Of a stretch of 64,000 nucleotides of DNA, positions 30,791 through 40,838 are shown piece after piece. This DNA is from Candidatus Poribacteria bacterium (GTDB taxonomy: Bacteria > Poribacteria > WGA-4E > WGA-3G). The stretch spans positions 64,001 through 128,000 of the forward strand of contig CBDANF010000003.1 in the NCBI GenBank assembly GCA_965197475.1. The letters are read 5' to 3'. Under the pieces are notes generated by a model. The model saw nothing but the letters and a program-made list of their open reading frames with translations, was not told the origin of the DNA and ran no database searches. Both the position numbers and the translations under genes were made by a program. Position 1 is the first letter of the stretch, and each line of letters starts with the position of its first letter.

Positions 30791-32959
30791 ATGAAAATCA
30801 GAGCCATTTTTTTTATACTTGTAGTGTGTTATTGCTTTACGATAAACAAAACACATGCACACAAAACACCGCAACTTGTGAAAAATGCATTTGCCGCGAC
30901 TGTTTACTTGGAGTTGCGTGATGCACAGGGGCATCCAGTTTCTTACGGGAACGGTTTCTTTGTTTCTCCGACACTTGTCGTAACGACATTCCAGGTTGTG
31001 ACAGGGGCATCTCAAGGCACAGCGCGATTAGTTGGTAACCCAAAAACTTATCCGATAGAAGGCGTTATTCTAACAGATGAGAAAGATAATCTCGCACTTT
31101 TGCAAGTCAAGATTCCGAATATTAGACCGCTTGATCTCGGTGGTGTCAATGACACGTTTTTGCATGATGTAGATAGTAACAACCACCAGGTTTATGTGGT
31201 TGGCAACTATCAGGGCACTGAAAACACTTTCTCTGAGGGAGAAGCAAGAGGTATTAGTATCGGTAAATGGATAAGCGAAGGTGATACGTTTGAGAGAGTG
31301 TGGGAAAGAGATAGGTTTTCCCTCACTACAACGATTTCACCTGGCTGTAATGGCGGCCCTGTGTTGAACATCAGAGGTGCTGTCATCGGTGTGGCATCTA
31401 TGGTGATCAGAGAGGGTAAAACCTATAATTATGCGATACCGATGAAATATATCAAAGCATTTACTGCGGTTTTCTACAATAATCGTGGTCTGGCAAAGCT
31501 TGAAATTGGTCGTAAAAATGCTGCGGATCGGCTTGCGCGCGACCCTGATTCGATAAACATAGTCAACGAGAAGGGCATTTACATTTTTGAGATTGGACTA
31601 CAAGCAGCAGCAACCGATGCGATTGCTGATTTTGATACGGCTATCCGTTTGGACCCAAATGCTGCGGTTTTCTACAATAATCGTGGATTGGCGAAAATGG
31701 AACTCAAATTTTATGGCACGCCGACTCAGAGAGATGCTGCGATTTCAGATTTTGATACGGCTATCCGTCTGGACCCGGATTACGCCCAAGCGTTCTTGAA
31801 TCGCGGGAATGTAAAAGTCTCATCTAACATGATTTCTTCAATAAATGATTATGACGTTGCAATACGCCTCGACCCTAATTATGTAGAGGCATACTTCAAA
31901 CGGGCAGCAGCAAAGCGAAAAAGCAACTTCGGTTTTGATCCGATGCCAGATTATAATACCATCATAAAACGAGACCCCGGTAATGTGTCAGTTTACTACT
32001 TTCGGGGAACGCTACACGCTGATAGAGGTCAACACGAAGCCGCACTTGCTGACCTCGATACCTTCCTAAAAAATAAAACGGATTCGACAGAGGGCTACTA
32101 TCATCGCGGGATACTGAAAATGTCTCTTGGTCAATATAGAACGGCTATCGCAGACTTTACGGCTGTGATACATCTTGATGTTGATAAGTATGTGGACAGC
32201 TGTTACTTTCGGGGACGTGCAAAGCGTGAACTTGGTGAGCACGCTGCTGCGGTTTTGGATTATAAGACCTTTATCAAACGTAATCCGACGGCATTGCATT
32301 TCTTTAGCGAACAAGCGTACAAAAAAGGAAAACGTGGTGGATTTGACGCTGCGGTAGCGGATGGTGATATTTACATACAACTCAAACCAAATGAACCTGA
32401 TGGCTACCACTACCGGGGACAGATGAAAATGAATCTTAAGCAATACGAAGCAGCAATATCAGATTTTGATACTGCAATCCGGCTACAACCTGATGGAAGT
32501 TATTTTTACTACCATAGAGGCCAGGCAAAGGTCGCCCTCGGTAAATACGCTGCTGCGGTTTTGGACTATGATACCGCGATCCGGATAAAACCAAATACTG
32601 AGTGGTTTCATTATGATCGAGGTAAAGCAAAATTAGAAATCGATCAAAACGAATCTGCGATTGCTGATTTTGATAAGACGTTAGCACTTGAACCATTTTT
32701 TACAGCGGTGTATTACTACCGGGGCATGGCAAAAGCAAATCTTGGTCGCTACACAGAGGCAATTGCGGACTACGATATCGCTATTGAAAAAAATCCACGT
32801 TATACGGAAGCTATCTTCGGTAAAGCATTAGTGATAAAACAACTCGGTCAGGTTGAAGAAGCGAAGAAAGATTTAGAAACTGCATTAGAATGGGCGAAAC
32901 AGAGGAAAAATGTTGAACTTCAAAACAACATTAAACAAGAATTGAAACAGTTCAAATAG
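30791..32959 (+). CDS. Trypsin-like (S1) domain + TPR repeat protein, catalytic triad degenerate
   Basis: Signal peptide, YGNGFFV, ISPGCNGGPVLN..G.VIGV, more than 10 TPRs (YNNRGLAK, AIADFDTAIRLDP). Confidence 0.85.
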   Translation: MKIRAIFFILVVCYCFTINKTHAHKTPQLVKNAFAATVYLELRDAQGHPVSYGNGFFVSPTLVVTTFQVVTGASQGTARLVGNPKTYPIEGVILTDEKDNLALLQVKIPNIRPLDLGGVNDTFLHDVDSNNHQVYVVGNYQGTENTFSEGEARGISIGKWISEGDTFERVWERDRFSLTTTISPGCNGGPVLNIRGAVIGVASMVIREGKTYNYAIPMKYIKAFTAVFYNNRGLAKLEIGRKNAADRLARDPDSINIVNEKGIYIFEIGLQAAATDAIADFDTAIRLDPNAAVFYNNRGLAKMELKFYGTPTQRDAAISDFDTAIRLDPDYAQAFLNRGNVKVSSNMISSINDYDVAIRLDPNYVEAYFKRAAAKRKSNFGFDPMPDYNTIIKRDPGNVSVYYFRGTLHADRGQHEAALADLDTFLKNKTDSTEGYYHRGILKMSLGQYRTAIADFTAVIHLDVDKYVDSCYFRGRAKRELGEHAAAVLDYKTFIKRNPTALHFFSEQAYKKGKRGGFDAAVADGDIYIQLKPNEPDGYHYRGQMKMNLKQYEAAISDFDTAIRLQPDGSYFYYHRGQAKVALGKYAAAVLDYDTAIRIKPNTEWFHYDRGKAKLEIDQNESAIADFDKTLALEPFFTAVYYYRGMAKANLGRYTEAIADYDIAIEKNPRYTEAIFGKALVIKQLGQVEEAKKDLETALEWAKQRKNVELQNNIKQELKQFK

Positions 32960-33089
32960 TGTGTCCAAACTTTTGTTGATATAAATTTAGCCAGGACTTA
33001 CGCACTTCATCTTAAAGTCCCCTTATCAGGGGATTGCGTTCCAAGTCCCTTGATAAGAGGTTGTGTTCCAGTCCCGCTTGCGGGATTTA

Positions 33090-33177
33090 TACCATATTAA
33101 CTCGATTATTCTTGTAGGCGCGCTTTGTCCGCGCGCTGTCTGCTCAGAAAAATAAGACAAATCCCGTTAATTTGGTA
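33090..33177. mobile_element. IS630-type MITE (family A) carrying a GTAGGCGCG REP
   Basis: TA|TACCATATTAAC...GTTAATTTGGTA|TA. Near copy at 36282-36370. Confidence 0.75.
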
Positions 33178-33180
33178 TAA

Positions 33181-34322
33181 TACCATATCTAATTGACAAT
33201 ATAACATAAAGCGTATATATTCTATTGCAACCTTTTGAAATAAAGTGAGGAAGCAATGAATAAAAAAGTTCCCAAAATTACCGAGAGTGTTGAAGAAATC
33301 AAATCCCTTATGAAGTGCTCTGCCCAAAGCTATCAAAAGCAAAGGCTCTTCATGTTGTATCATTTACAAAGTGGTCAAGCAAAAAATCGTAAGCAAGTTG
33401 CCGATTTGTTAGGTGTGCATCGCACGACGATTGGAAACTGGTTGTCGTCATACGAAACAGGTGGTCTTGAAAAACTCTTAGAGCGTCGGTATCCTCCAGG
33501 GGCTGTCCCAGCTCTTACTGAAGAACAGCGCGACATTCTACGTTCTGAGTTGCAGAAACCCCATGGTTTCATCAGTTATGGAGAGATCCAGCAGTATATT
33601 GCCGATACCTTTGGTGTCACCATGAAATATAAGGCAGTTTATGCGCTTGTTCATAACAAATGGAAAGCAAAACTCAAAGTGCCGCGTCCAAGCCATATAA
33701 AAAAAACGCGGAAGAGAGTAAAGCGTTTATATCCAACTTCCAACAAGAAGTTGCCGATGCGATTGACAAGAAACGATCGGATTACCAAAGCATTCGTCTT
33801 TTCAGTGAAGATGAAACGAGATATGGTCTTTTGCCTGTTGCTAATAGGCGTATCACCTTACCAGGCATCAAACCTGTAGCGGAAATAGATTATAGTTTTA
33901 CTCAATATATCTTTATGGTGCGGTTGAACCACTGACAGGTGAACGATTTTTTCTTGAGTTCCCGTATCTGAACGCAGATTGTTTTCAAATCTTTATAGAT
34001 CAGTTTTCTGCCACATTTTCTGATAGTCTGAATCTGATAGTGCTTGATAATGGTCGTTTTCATCAGGCAAAAAAGTTGGAAATACCAGACAATGTTGTTT
34101 TGCTGTTTCTACCTCCTTATAGTCCGGAGTTGAACCCGATTGAAAGACTTTGGCAAGACATCAAAGCAAAGTTGTTTTGCCAAGTATACCAAACCATTGA
34201 AGACATGCAGACAAAAGTGACGGAGATACTGAACATTTATTCAACATTGATGATCGCGAAAATCACAGGTTTCGAATATTTTATACAAACCGCTAATGCT
34301 ATATAATCAATTAGAAATGGTA
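33181..34322 (+). mobile_element. IS630-family IS with inactivated transposase
   Basis: TIRs TACCATATCTAATTGA / TCAATTAGAAATGGTA. HTH ORF, A8 slippery site ~33700, FSEDETR, LDNGRFH, LPPYSPELNPIE. An additional frameshift lies near 33900. Confidence 0.88.
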
Positions 34323-34463
34323 TTAGAGGTTAAATACAGTAAAATAATCCGTATCTCAGTTCAATTTGCGTCCGTCCTAAAAGCAAAAGGAGAAACATCA
34401 TAATGAAAAAATTTATTGATTTCTATTTTATAGTGAACTCATAGCGAGTACGGGCTATATAAA

Positions 34464-34659
34464 TAACGTGAGTTTGATAATAATATTGGATGGACGTAGT
34501 CCGATCAAAAGTCCCCTGATAAGGGGATTTAGGGGGTTAAAAGTGCCTCAAAAATTGCTTTTCGCGCCCAAAAATACCCTTTTTTGCCAAATTTGCGTCC
34601 GTCTTGAATATTATTAAAGTCCATTTGACTCAATGAATCCTTTTATCAAGCTCACGTTA
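34464..34659. mobile_element. MITE with TAACGTGAG ends (family C)
   Basis: TAACGTGAGTTTGATAA / TTATCAAGCTCACGTTA, with an internal AAGTCCCCTGATAAGGGGATTT hairpin. Confidence 0.6.
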
Positions 34660-34787
34660 AGTAAAACTTTCGTGTGAAAATCGGGCTTGTAAAATCCTCT
34701 CACAAGAATATTCGGTGATAAGGAACCGTTTCTGCAAACCAGTCTAATTGCCTCGTTTTACGTGATCAGTTCATGGTATAATAACTC

Positions 34788-35666
34788 ATGCTAACCCCAG
34801 AATTTCGTACACAACTTGAGCAGCTCCGCATTCATTGCCAACAACCGTTTCGTGGGAAATTTCGGGGAGACCGTCGAAGCCTCAACCGTGGTACCGGTGT
34901 TGAATTTGCCGATTATCGCCTCTATGAACATGGGGATGACCTGCGTTATCTTGACTGGAATGTTTATGCGCGTTTGGAAAAGTTGTTTATCAAATTGTTC
35001 CAAGCAGACGAAGAACTGGCGATCTCCATCTTGATAGATACAAGCCGTTCTATGGATTTTGGTGAACCTGCAAAGTTAGACTATGCGAAACAGATTGCTG
35101 CTGCGTTAGGTTATATCGCATTAGCCAATTCTGATCGAGTGGCACTTTATACGTTAGCGGAGCGTTTATTTTCAACCTTGCCACCCACTTATGGTAAATT
35201 CCAATACTCGCGTCTTCAGAAAGCACTTGCAACAGTTGAAGCAGGCGGGACAACCCATTTGACAGAGTGTCTCAAACACCTGTCAGCGTACCAACCTCAC
35301 GCGGGGGTTGCGATCATTCTAAGCGATTTTTTGGATTCTGCAGGTTATGCGGAGGGCATCAATTCGTTGTTAGGCAGGGGGTACATGTTGACATTAATCC
35401 ACGTTCAATGCCTTGAAGAAATTGAGCCACCCCCTCCGGGTGAGTGGCGATTAGAAGACTCTGAAACCGGTGAGACAAGAGAGATTACAATCAACGAAGA
35501 GACAATCACACACTACCGAAATCGTCAAAAAGAATTCTGTGATAACTTACACCGGTTTTGCACAAAACGAGGTATCGGTTATATCCGAATAAGCACGGAT
35601 GTTCCCATTGAGTCTGTTATGTTGCAGGAACTGCAACGCGCAGGCTTTATTCGGCGAAGACATTAA
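34788..35666 (+). CDS. DUF58 domain protein (vWA-like, MoxR-associated)
   Basis: GVEFADYRLYEHGDDLRYLDWNVYAR, IDTSRSM, ILSDFLD. Confidence 0.9.
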   Translation: MLTPEFRTQLEQLRIHCQQPFRGKFRGDRRSLNRGTGVEFADYRLYEHGDDLRYLDWNVYARLEKLFIKLFQADEELAISILIDTSRSMDFGEPAKLDYAKQIAAALGYIALANSDRVALYTLAERLFSTLPPTYGKFQYSRLQKALATVEAGGTTHLTECLKHLSAYQPHAGVAIILSDFLDSAGYAEGINSLLGRGYMLTLIHVQCLEEIEPPPPGEWRLEDSETGETREITINEETITHYRNRQKEFCDNLHRFCTKRGIGYIRISTDVPIESVMLQELQRAGFIRRRH

Positions 35667-35699
35667 AGTTCATTACACATTTAGCGAGGAGGAAGCCGC

Positions 35700-36242
35700 A
35701 TGAAAAAACAGTTTGCAAAAACTACATTAGAACTGATCCAAGGGGATATTACGAAAGCGGAAGTTGATGCGATTGTGAACGCCGCGAACGAAAAACTCAT
35801 CGGCGGTGGCGGTGTAGACGGTGCGATTCGTCGGGCAGGTGGTGATGAGGTTGTAAAGGCATGCGATGATATCCGGATAAGCGAAGGCAGTTGCCCAACA
35901 GGGAAAGCGGTTATTACCACTGGCGGCAACCTGTCTGCTCAATATATCATTCATACCGTCGGTCCAATGTGGCAAGGAGGCGACGCAGATGAGCCCGTCC
36001 TTCTCGCGAGTTGTTATCGGAAAAGCCTTGCATTGGCTGTAGATAATGATGTAAATTCTATTGCTTTTCCATCAATTAGTACGGGTGTCTACGGGTATCC
36101 AATAGAAAAAGCAGCGACTGTGGCACTTCAGACAATTCGTGATTTGGCAAAAAGTAATGCTCTGATCCCACGGTTAATCCAGTTTGTTTTATTTGATGAC
36201 GCTACTTATAGTTGTTATTCAGACGCACTTTCAGGTCTTTGA
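35700..36242 (+). CDS. Macrodomain O-acetyl-ADP-ribose deacetylase (YmdB-like)
   Basis: GDIT, DAIVNAAN, GGGGVDGAI, IHTVGP, AFPSISTGVYGYP. Confidence 0.92.
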   Translation: MKKQFAKTTLELIQGDITKAEVDAIVNAANEKLIGGGGVDGAIRRAGGDEVVKACDDIRISEGSCPTGKAVITTGGNLSAQYIIHTVGPMWQGGDADEPVLLASCYRKSLALAVDNDVNSIAFPSISTGVYGYPIEKAATVALQTIRDLAKSNALIPRLIQFVLFDDATYSCYSDALSGL

Positions 36243-36281
36243 ATAATGTGAACTCTATCGTGTTGCATGAGATACAACTTA

Positions 36282-36370
36282 TACCAAATTAACTTGATCC
36301 CACTCGGTAGGCGCGCTTTGTAAACGCGCAGTCCGCCCAGAAAAATAAGACTAATCCCGTTAATTTGGTA
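36282..36370. mobile_element. IS630-type MITE (family A)
   Basis: TACCAAATTAAC...GTTAATTTGGTA with GTAGGCGCGCTTTG core. Confidence 0.75.
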
Positions 36371-36455
36371 TTACCTCTCGCTAGAATTTATGAGCTACCT
36401 ATTTTTTGGAATTAAAGAGATTCAAGAAAATCCAATTGGCAGTAGATATTAACCA

Positions 36456-37937
36456 ATGACTGTCGACAACACGGAGGGTATAAATATGATTACGAAAATG
36501 GAGAAAGGAAATCAAACAAAGTGGCAGCAGAGACAAGCGTTACTTTTGTCTCTTGCCATTCACGGTATTGCAATTATTGTGTTAGGTATCTGGTTGCTGA
36601 AACCGATCATCCAACCTACTGATGATCCGATGTACGTGGAATTAATGGATCCGCTTACCAACCAGATGAAGATTCGAGAGGATATACCTAAGCCTAAACC
36701 TAACCTTATACCTAAGGTGGTCCGCAAAGTTGAAACAAGTGGTGTGAAAGGAGCTACAAGCGCGAAGCGTATGCCCGTATCTATTAACCCTATTGAGCCT
36801 GTTCAAGGAGAAACAGAGTTTGATGCACCAGCAATGATAGAAAACGTAACGAGACTCGCACCGTCGCCCGAAAGCATTTTAGACCAATCGAAACTTGACG
36901 GTCCGGAGTTATCTGGCGGTGGCGGTCCTGCTGATGGTGTAACAACTGCCAGAGGCAAAGGTGGCACGAATACAACAGGACTTGCTGAGCGCGGCAAGGG
37001 AAGTTCAGGATTTGGTAATTTTTCTAAAGGGACTGGCACAGGATCTGGATATGCTGATTTAGGTGAAGGATACGATAAGTTACGAACCATACGGGATGAT
37101 ATCGGTGATAAGTTAGGTGCAATCTTGGAAGGTAGTGGACCTGATCTAAAGGGACATATCCGCATAATCCGAATGAAACATGCGCTCAGTGATTGGTGGC
37201 AAGATCCTACTGCGATCCCTTCTCTTATTAAGTGGTTACAGGATAACACCCCTATACGTGCGGATATGAGTTTCGCTGGCGGAGCGTTACCATTGACTGA
37301 TCCAAGGATTTTGGACGCGCCGCTTATAATTATGACAGGACACGAGCGGGAAATGACTAACAACCGTAATATGATGCGTGGTGATCCAATGAAACCTGGT
37401 TTTTCGGAGGAAGAACGTGCCGCATTACGGAAATATGTACTTGAAAGAGGTGGCACGTTATTCTTTGATGACTGTGGTTTAAAGGCGACGTTTTCCAATC
37501 TTATTGAGGATGAACTGCGCCGGATATTTCCTGAGTATGCTTTAGAAAAACTACCACATGACCACGAAATCTATCAAATATACTACGGTCTTAGTAAACC
37601 ACCTGAAGGTGGTGAGGTCTTTTGGCAAAGTGAAAATAATGCGCGACCAACAAAATATAAGTTTCATCGCGGAATATATGTGCCACGGACACCTGGTGCA
37701 AGGAAACAACCGAATCTAACTTATAAAGATACAAAAGGAATTCTCCGCACTACAAATAGGCTGGGTGTTATTTTCAATAGAAAAGATTACCTCTGTGCTA
37801 TGGAGACAGCAGAGATAGAATCCAGAACAGCACTTCGGATGCGGCGTTCTACTGATGTTTACCGTTTCATGACGAATCTGATGATTTATGCAATGAAGTA
37901 TGGTGGTAACACTGACCGTTCTAAGTATAAAGATTAG
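36456..37937 (+). CDS. DUF4159 domain protein with TonB-like N-terminal anchor and Pro/Gly-rich linker
   Basis: LLSLAIH TM, PLIIMTGH, LRKYVLERGGTLFFDDCG, HEIY. Start may be ATG 36486. Confidence 0.8.
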   Translation: MTVDNTEGINMITKMEKGNQTKWQQRQALLLSLAIHGIAIIVLGIWLLKPIIQPTDDPMYVELMDPLTNQMKIREDIPKPKPNLIPKVVRKVETSGVKGATSAKRMPVSINPIEPVQGETEFDAPAMIENVTRLAPSPESILDQSKLDGPELSGGGGPADGVTTARGKGGTNTTGLAERGKGSSGFGNFSKGTGTGSGYADLGEGYDKLRTIRDDIGDKLGAILEGSGPDLKGHIRIIRMKHALSDWWQDPTAIPSLIKWLQDNTPIRADMSFAGGALPLTDPRILDAPLIIMTGHEREMTNNRNMMRGDPMKPGFSEEERAALRKYVLERGGTLFFDDCGLKATFSNLIEDELRRIFPEYALEKLPHDHEIYQIYYGLSKPPEGGEVFWQSENNARPTKYKFHRGIYVPRTPGARKQPNLTYKDTKGILRTTNRLGVIFNRKDYLCAMETAEIESRTALRMRRSTDVYRFMTNLMIYAMKYGGNTDRSKYKD

Positions 37938-38131
37938 TCAATGCGCTATCCGATGTCGGTATTTGCTGGTTGTCAGAGCATTTTGGTAGATGCGCCACGT
38001 TTCGTCAAAGGTAGGTTTCCGATTCAACCCCGAATTATAAAACATTATCAAACCTATTCCTGTGTCGATTATACTTACAAAGCACAGAGGCTGCGGAAAA
38101 TATCTCGCGCTCCCAAGGGAGTCATCTTTAA

Positions 38132-39310
38132 TTGGCATCTAGCAATTTTAGCCGAGCTACATTAATTCTGCCCATCTATCTTCCCGCGTTGCTTCTTTCA
38201 ACAGGCGCGGGCATCATCTCACCGACACTCTCTATTTATATCAAATCGTTTGAGTTGTCTTATACCTTGACGACATTCGTAATTGCGGTCGGCGTTGTAG
38301 GGAATATACCTGCAGGGATTTTGGTGGAACGGATAGGTAGAAAGCCATCAATGTTGCTGGGATTGGTGGTGATAGGTGTTTCAGCCATTGCGATGGGAAC
38401 TGCGCAGCATCTTTTTCAGCTTATCGGTGCGCAGCTGATTGGAGGTATCGGTAATGCATTATGGATGCTCTCTCGACATGCCTATATGACAGATGTAATT
38501 CCACTGGCGAAGCGGGGAAGGTCTATCGCTCTATTTGGCGGTGTCAACCGGATGGGGACCTTCGCTGGAAAGTTCGGTGCAATTTTCCTTGGGGTGAACT
38601 TACGCCTTCCGTTCTTCGTGTATACCGTAATTGCGTTGTTGACGCTAATTATCTGTTTCTTCTCTATACCCGAAACAAAACAGGAGCCAAAGGTTCAACC
38701 GCAAAAGACACAACCCTATCTAACACAACTTATCCAAGTATCTAAACGTCATTTTAAGCTCTTAGCAACAGCAGGTGTTGGGCAGGTCTGTGTCCAAACA
38801 CTGCGGCGCGGATGCCATATTATCATCCCGCTCTATGGTAAAGATGTCCTGGGATTAACCACTCGAAATGTACGCTTGGTGGAGATGATTTCTTCGGCTG
38901 TTGATATGTCAATGTTTCCAGTTGCAGGGTTTATGATGGACCGTTTCGGCAGGCGATACGCCACAGTGCCAGGTATTTGTATCTTTGCTACAGGTATGGT
39001 TTTGATGCCGTTTACACATACATTTACACCACTGCTACTGGCAGCAATTTTAATGCGATTTGGTAACGGAATCGCATCAGGGACAATGATGACACTCGGT
39101 GCAGATTTGGCACCGAAAGAAGGGACCGGAGAGTTCCTTGGATTGTGGCGACTTACCGGAGATTTTGGAGGTTCTGCGGGTCCTGTCGTTGTTGGAAATA
39201 TCGCAGATGTGCTTGGACTGGGTTTTTCTGGATTCGCCTTAGGTGGGATTGGTTACCTTGCTGTCGGTATCTTTCTCTGGTTAGTTCCAGAGACGCTGCA
39301 AAGAGAATGA
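38132..39310 (+). CDS. MFS transporter
   Basis: About 12 TM helices, ERIGRK and DRFGRR motif A. Confidence 0.9.
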   Translation: MASSNFSRATLILPIYLPALLLSTGAGIISPTLSIYIKSFELSYTLTTFVIAVGVVGNIPAGILVERIGRKPSMLLGLVVIGVSAIAMGTAQHLFQLIGAQLIGGIGNALWMLSRHAYMTDVIPLAKRGRSIALFGGVNRMGTFAGKFGAIFLGVNLRLPFFVYTVIALLTLIICFFSIPETKQEPKVQPQKTQPYLTQLIQVSKRHFKLLATAGVGQVCVQTLRRGCHIIIPLYGKDVLGLTTRNVRLVEMISSAVDMSMFPVAGFMMDRFGRRYATVPGICIFATGMVLMPFTHTFTPLLLAAILMRFGNGIASGTMMTLGADLAPKEGTGEFLGLWRLTGDFGGSAGPVVVGNIADVLGLGFSGFALGGIGYLAVGIFLWLVPETLQRE

Positions 39311-39312
39311 GA

Positions 39313-39398
39313 TGCCGGGAAAGGGACTCGAACCCTTACGCGCGAACTGCACACTAGAACCTGAATCTAGCCTGTCTACCAAATTCCAGCACCCCGGC
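39313..39398 (-). tRNA. tRNA-Leu(CAG)
   Basis: Reverse strand GCCGGGGTGCTGGAATTTGGTAGACAGGCTAGATTCAGGTTCTAG...GGGTTCGAGTCCCTTTCCCGGCA. Long variable arm, CCA not encoded. TTGACT-17-TATACT promoter at 39413-39441. Confidence 0.95.
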
Positions 39399-39577
39399 AT
39401 AGAGAATACTACAGTATACACAGATTCCGATGAAAAGTCAAATTAAATGAGGAAATATGGTATAATATTAATTCAACGCAAGAATGGTGGAACGGTGCCA
39501 CAAACGGCATTAGGTAAACCTTCTGTTCAAGAATTGAGGTATACGGATTTGTATCAATTTGTATCAAAGGACAAAAA

Positions 39578-40642
39578 ATGAAACGTTTGATTTTTGAAGA
39601 TATATATAGTTGGTCAGTATTTAGTGAAGCACGACAGATTGACTTTAACGGACATCTATGGGTTAGGGACGAGGGAAATATCCTGATTGATCCAGTTCCA
39701 ATATGTGATGCTGACCGCGCCCAATTTGAACAACTTGGCGGTGCGAAGTGGATTGTTATTACAAATCGCGATCATGAACGGGAAGCAGCTGAGTTTCAGG
39801 AATGGACTGGCGCAGAAGTAATAGTGCATGAAGCAGATGCGGATTTGCTGGATATTAAACCCTCACGAACGATTCGTGAGGGCGAAACCATTGTGTCTGG
39901 ATTAAAGGCAGTCCATCTTCCGTTTGGAAAAAGTCCTGGAGAAATCGCACTCTATTTTTCTCAGAAACAGGTAATCCTCTTCGGTGACCTTGTTGCTGGC
40001 GAACCGATGGGACGTTTAACACTCCTCGCTGATGAAAAATTAGAAGATGCTCCGAAAGCAGCGATGCAACTTCGCAAGCTGTTACCACTGGATTTCAAAG
40101 CAGTTCTCGTTGGAGACGGACATTCTCTCTTTAGAGAGGGTCGGCAAGAATTGATAGAATGTCTGCAGGAGCGCAGCGACATATATATCAATCGCATCAA
40201 TATTGATGAAATGGAATGGTTGTATAGGCAGGGGGCACCACACCCTTACGACTTTGAGGAAAAAAATATTGATCCGCTTATCGGTGCCAAAAATATAGGA
40301 TATTGTGCTTACCGTCTGCATCCGGGTAAGGCGAGTTTCCCGATGCACTTTCACCACTTCAGCGAGGAGATGTGCTACGTAATGGAAGGAACGTGCACTC
40401 TCAAAACGCCTCAAGGCGATGTTGAAGTGCGGCAAGGCGATTTTATTGCGTTTCCCACCGGTCCGGTCGGCACGCATAAGTTCGTAAATGATGGTGAAAT
40501 GCCTGTTACGTTACTCATATTCGGTGCTACCACGCCACATGATGTGTGTGAATATCCAGATTCCAACAAGGTCCTACCGTTTGCTGTTCGGGAAATTTAC
40601 CGTAAAGGTAAGAGTCTTAGTTATTGGGATGGTGAGGTTTAA
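39578..40642 (+). CDS. MBL-fold hydrolase fused to cupin domain
   Basis: ILIDP, ITNRDHER, GKSPGE, LVGDG. Cupin HFHHFSEEMCYV..G, GDFIAFP..H.F.N. Confidence 0.85.
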   Translation: MKRLIFEDIYSWSVFSEARQIDFNGHLWVRDEGNILIDPVPICDADRAQFEQLGGAKWIVITNRDHEREAAEFQEWTGAEVIVHEADADLLDIKPSRTIREGETIVSGLKAVHLPFGKSPGEIALYFSQKQVILFGDLVAGEPMGRLTLLADEKLEDAPKAAMQLRKLLPLDFKAVLVGDGHSLFREGRQELIECLQERSDIYINRINIDEMEWLYRQGAPHPYDFEEKNIDPLIGAKNIGYCAYRLHPGKASFPMHFHHFSEEMCYVMEGTCTLKTPQGDVEVRQGDFIAFPTGPVGTHKFVNDGEMPVTLLIFGATTPHDVCEYPDSNKVLPFAVREIYRKGKSLSYWDGEV

Positions 40643-40838
40643 TACCCAATTACCCCGATTTGTAGCGCGAGGTCTCCGGGTCCTCCTCACAATGCTGACT
40701 TTATCCGAAAACTCCGAATCAAGTTAATGTGGTATTATACCCAATTAACGGGATTTGTCCTATTTTCCGGACGGTAGGTACTGTTTCCTAACCGCACCTA
40801 ATACCAAGAAAAATGAGATAAATCAAGTTAATGTGGTA
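40643..40838. mobile_element. Two tandem family-A MITEs (40643-40734, 40738-40838) with different REP cores
   Basis: Both run TACCCAATTA...AATCAAGTTAATGTGGTA. The cores are GTAGCGCGAGGTC and GTAGGTACTGTTTCCTAACCGCACC. Confidence 0.75.

Larger units (their letters stand above)
32993..34379. mobile_element. Nested composite: IS701-type MITE shell containing a REP, an IS630-type MITE and an IS630
   Basis: CAGGACTTACGCA at 32993 and TGCGTCCGTCCT at ~34367. The GGGATTTA|GAGGTT hairpin (cf. 34510) is split by the inserts. Confidence 0.55.

Noticed and set aside
36803-37498. 231-aa - strand ORF and similar long antisense ORFs
   Set aside because: Fully overlap well-supported genes on the opposite strand and show no motifs.
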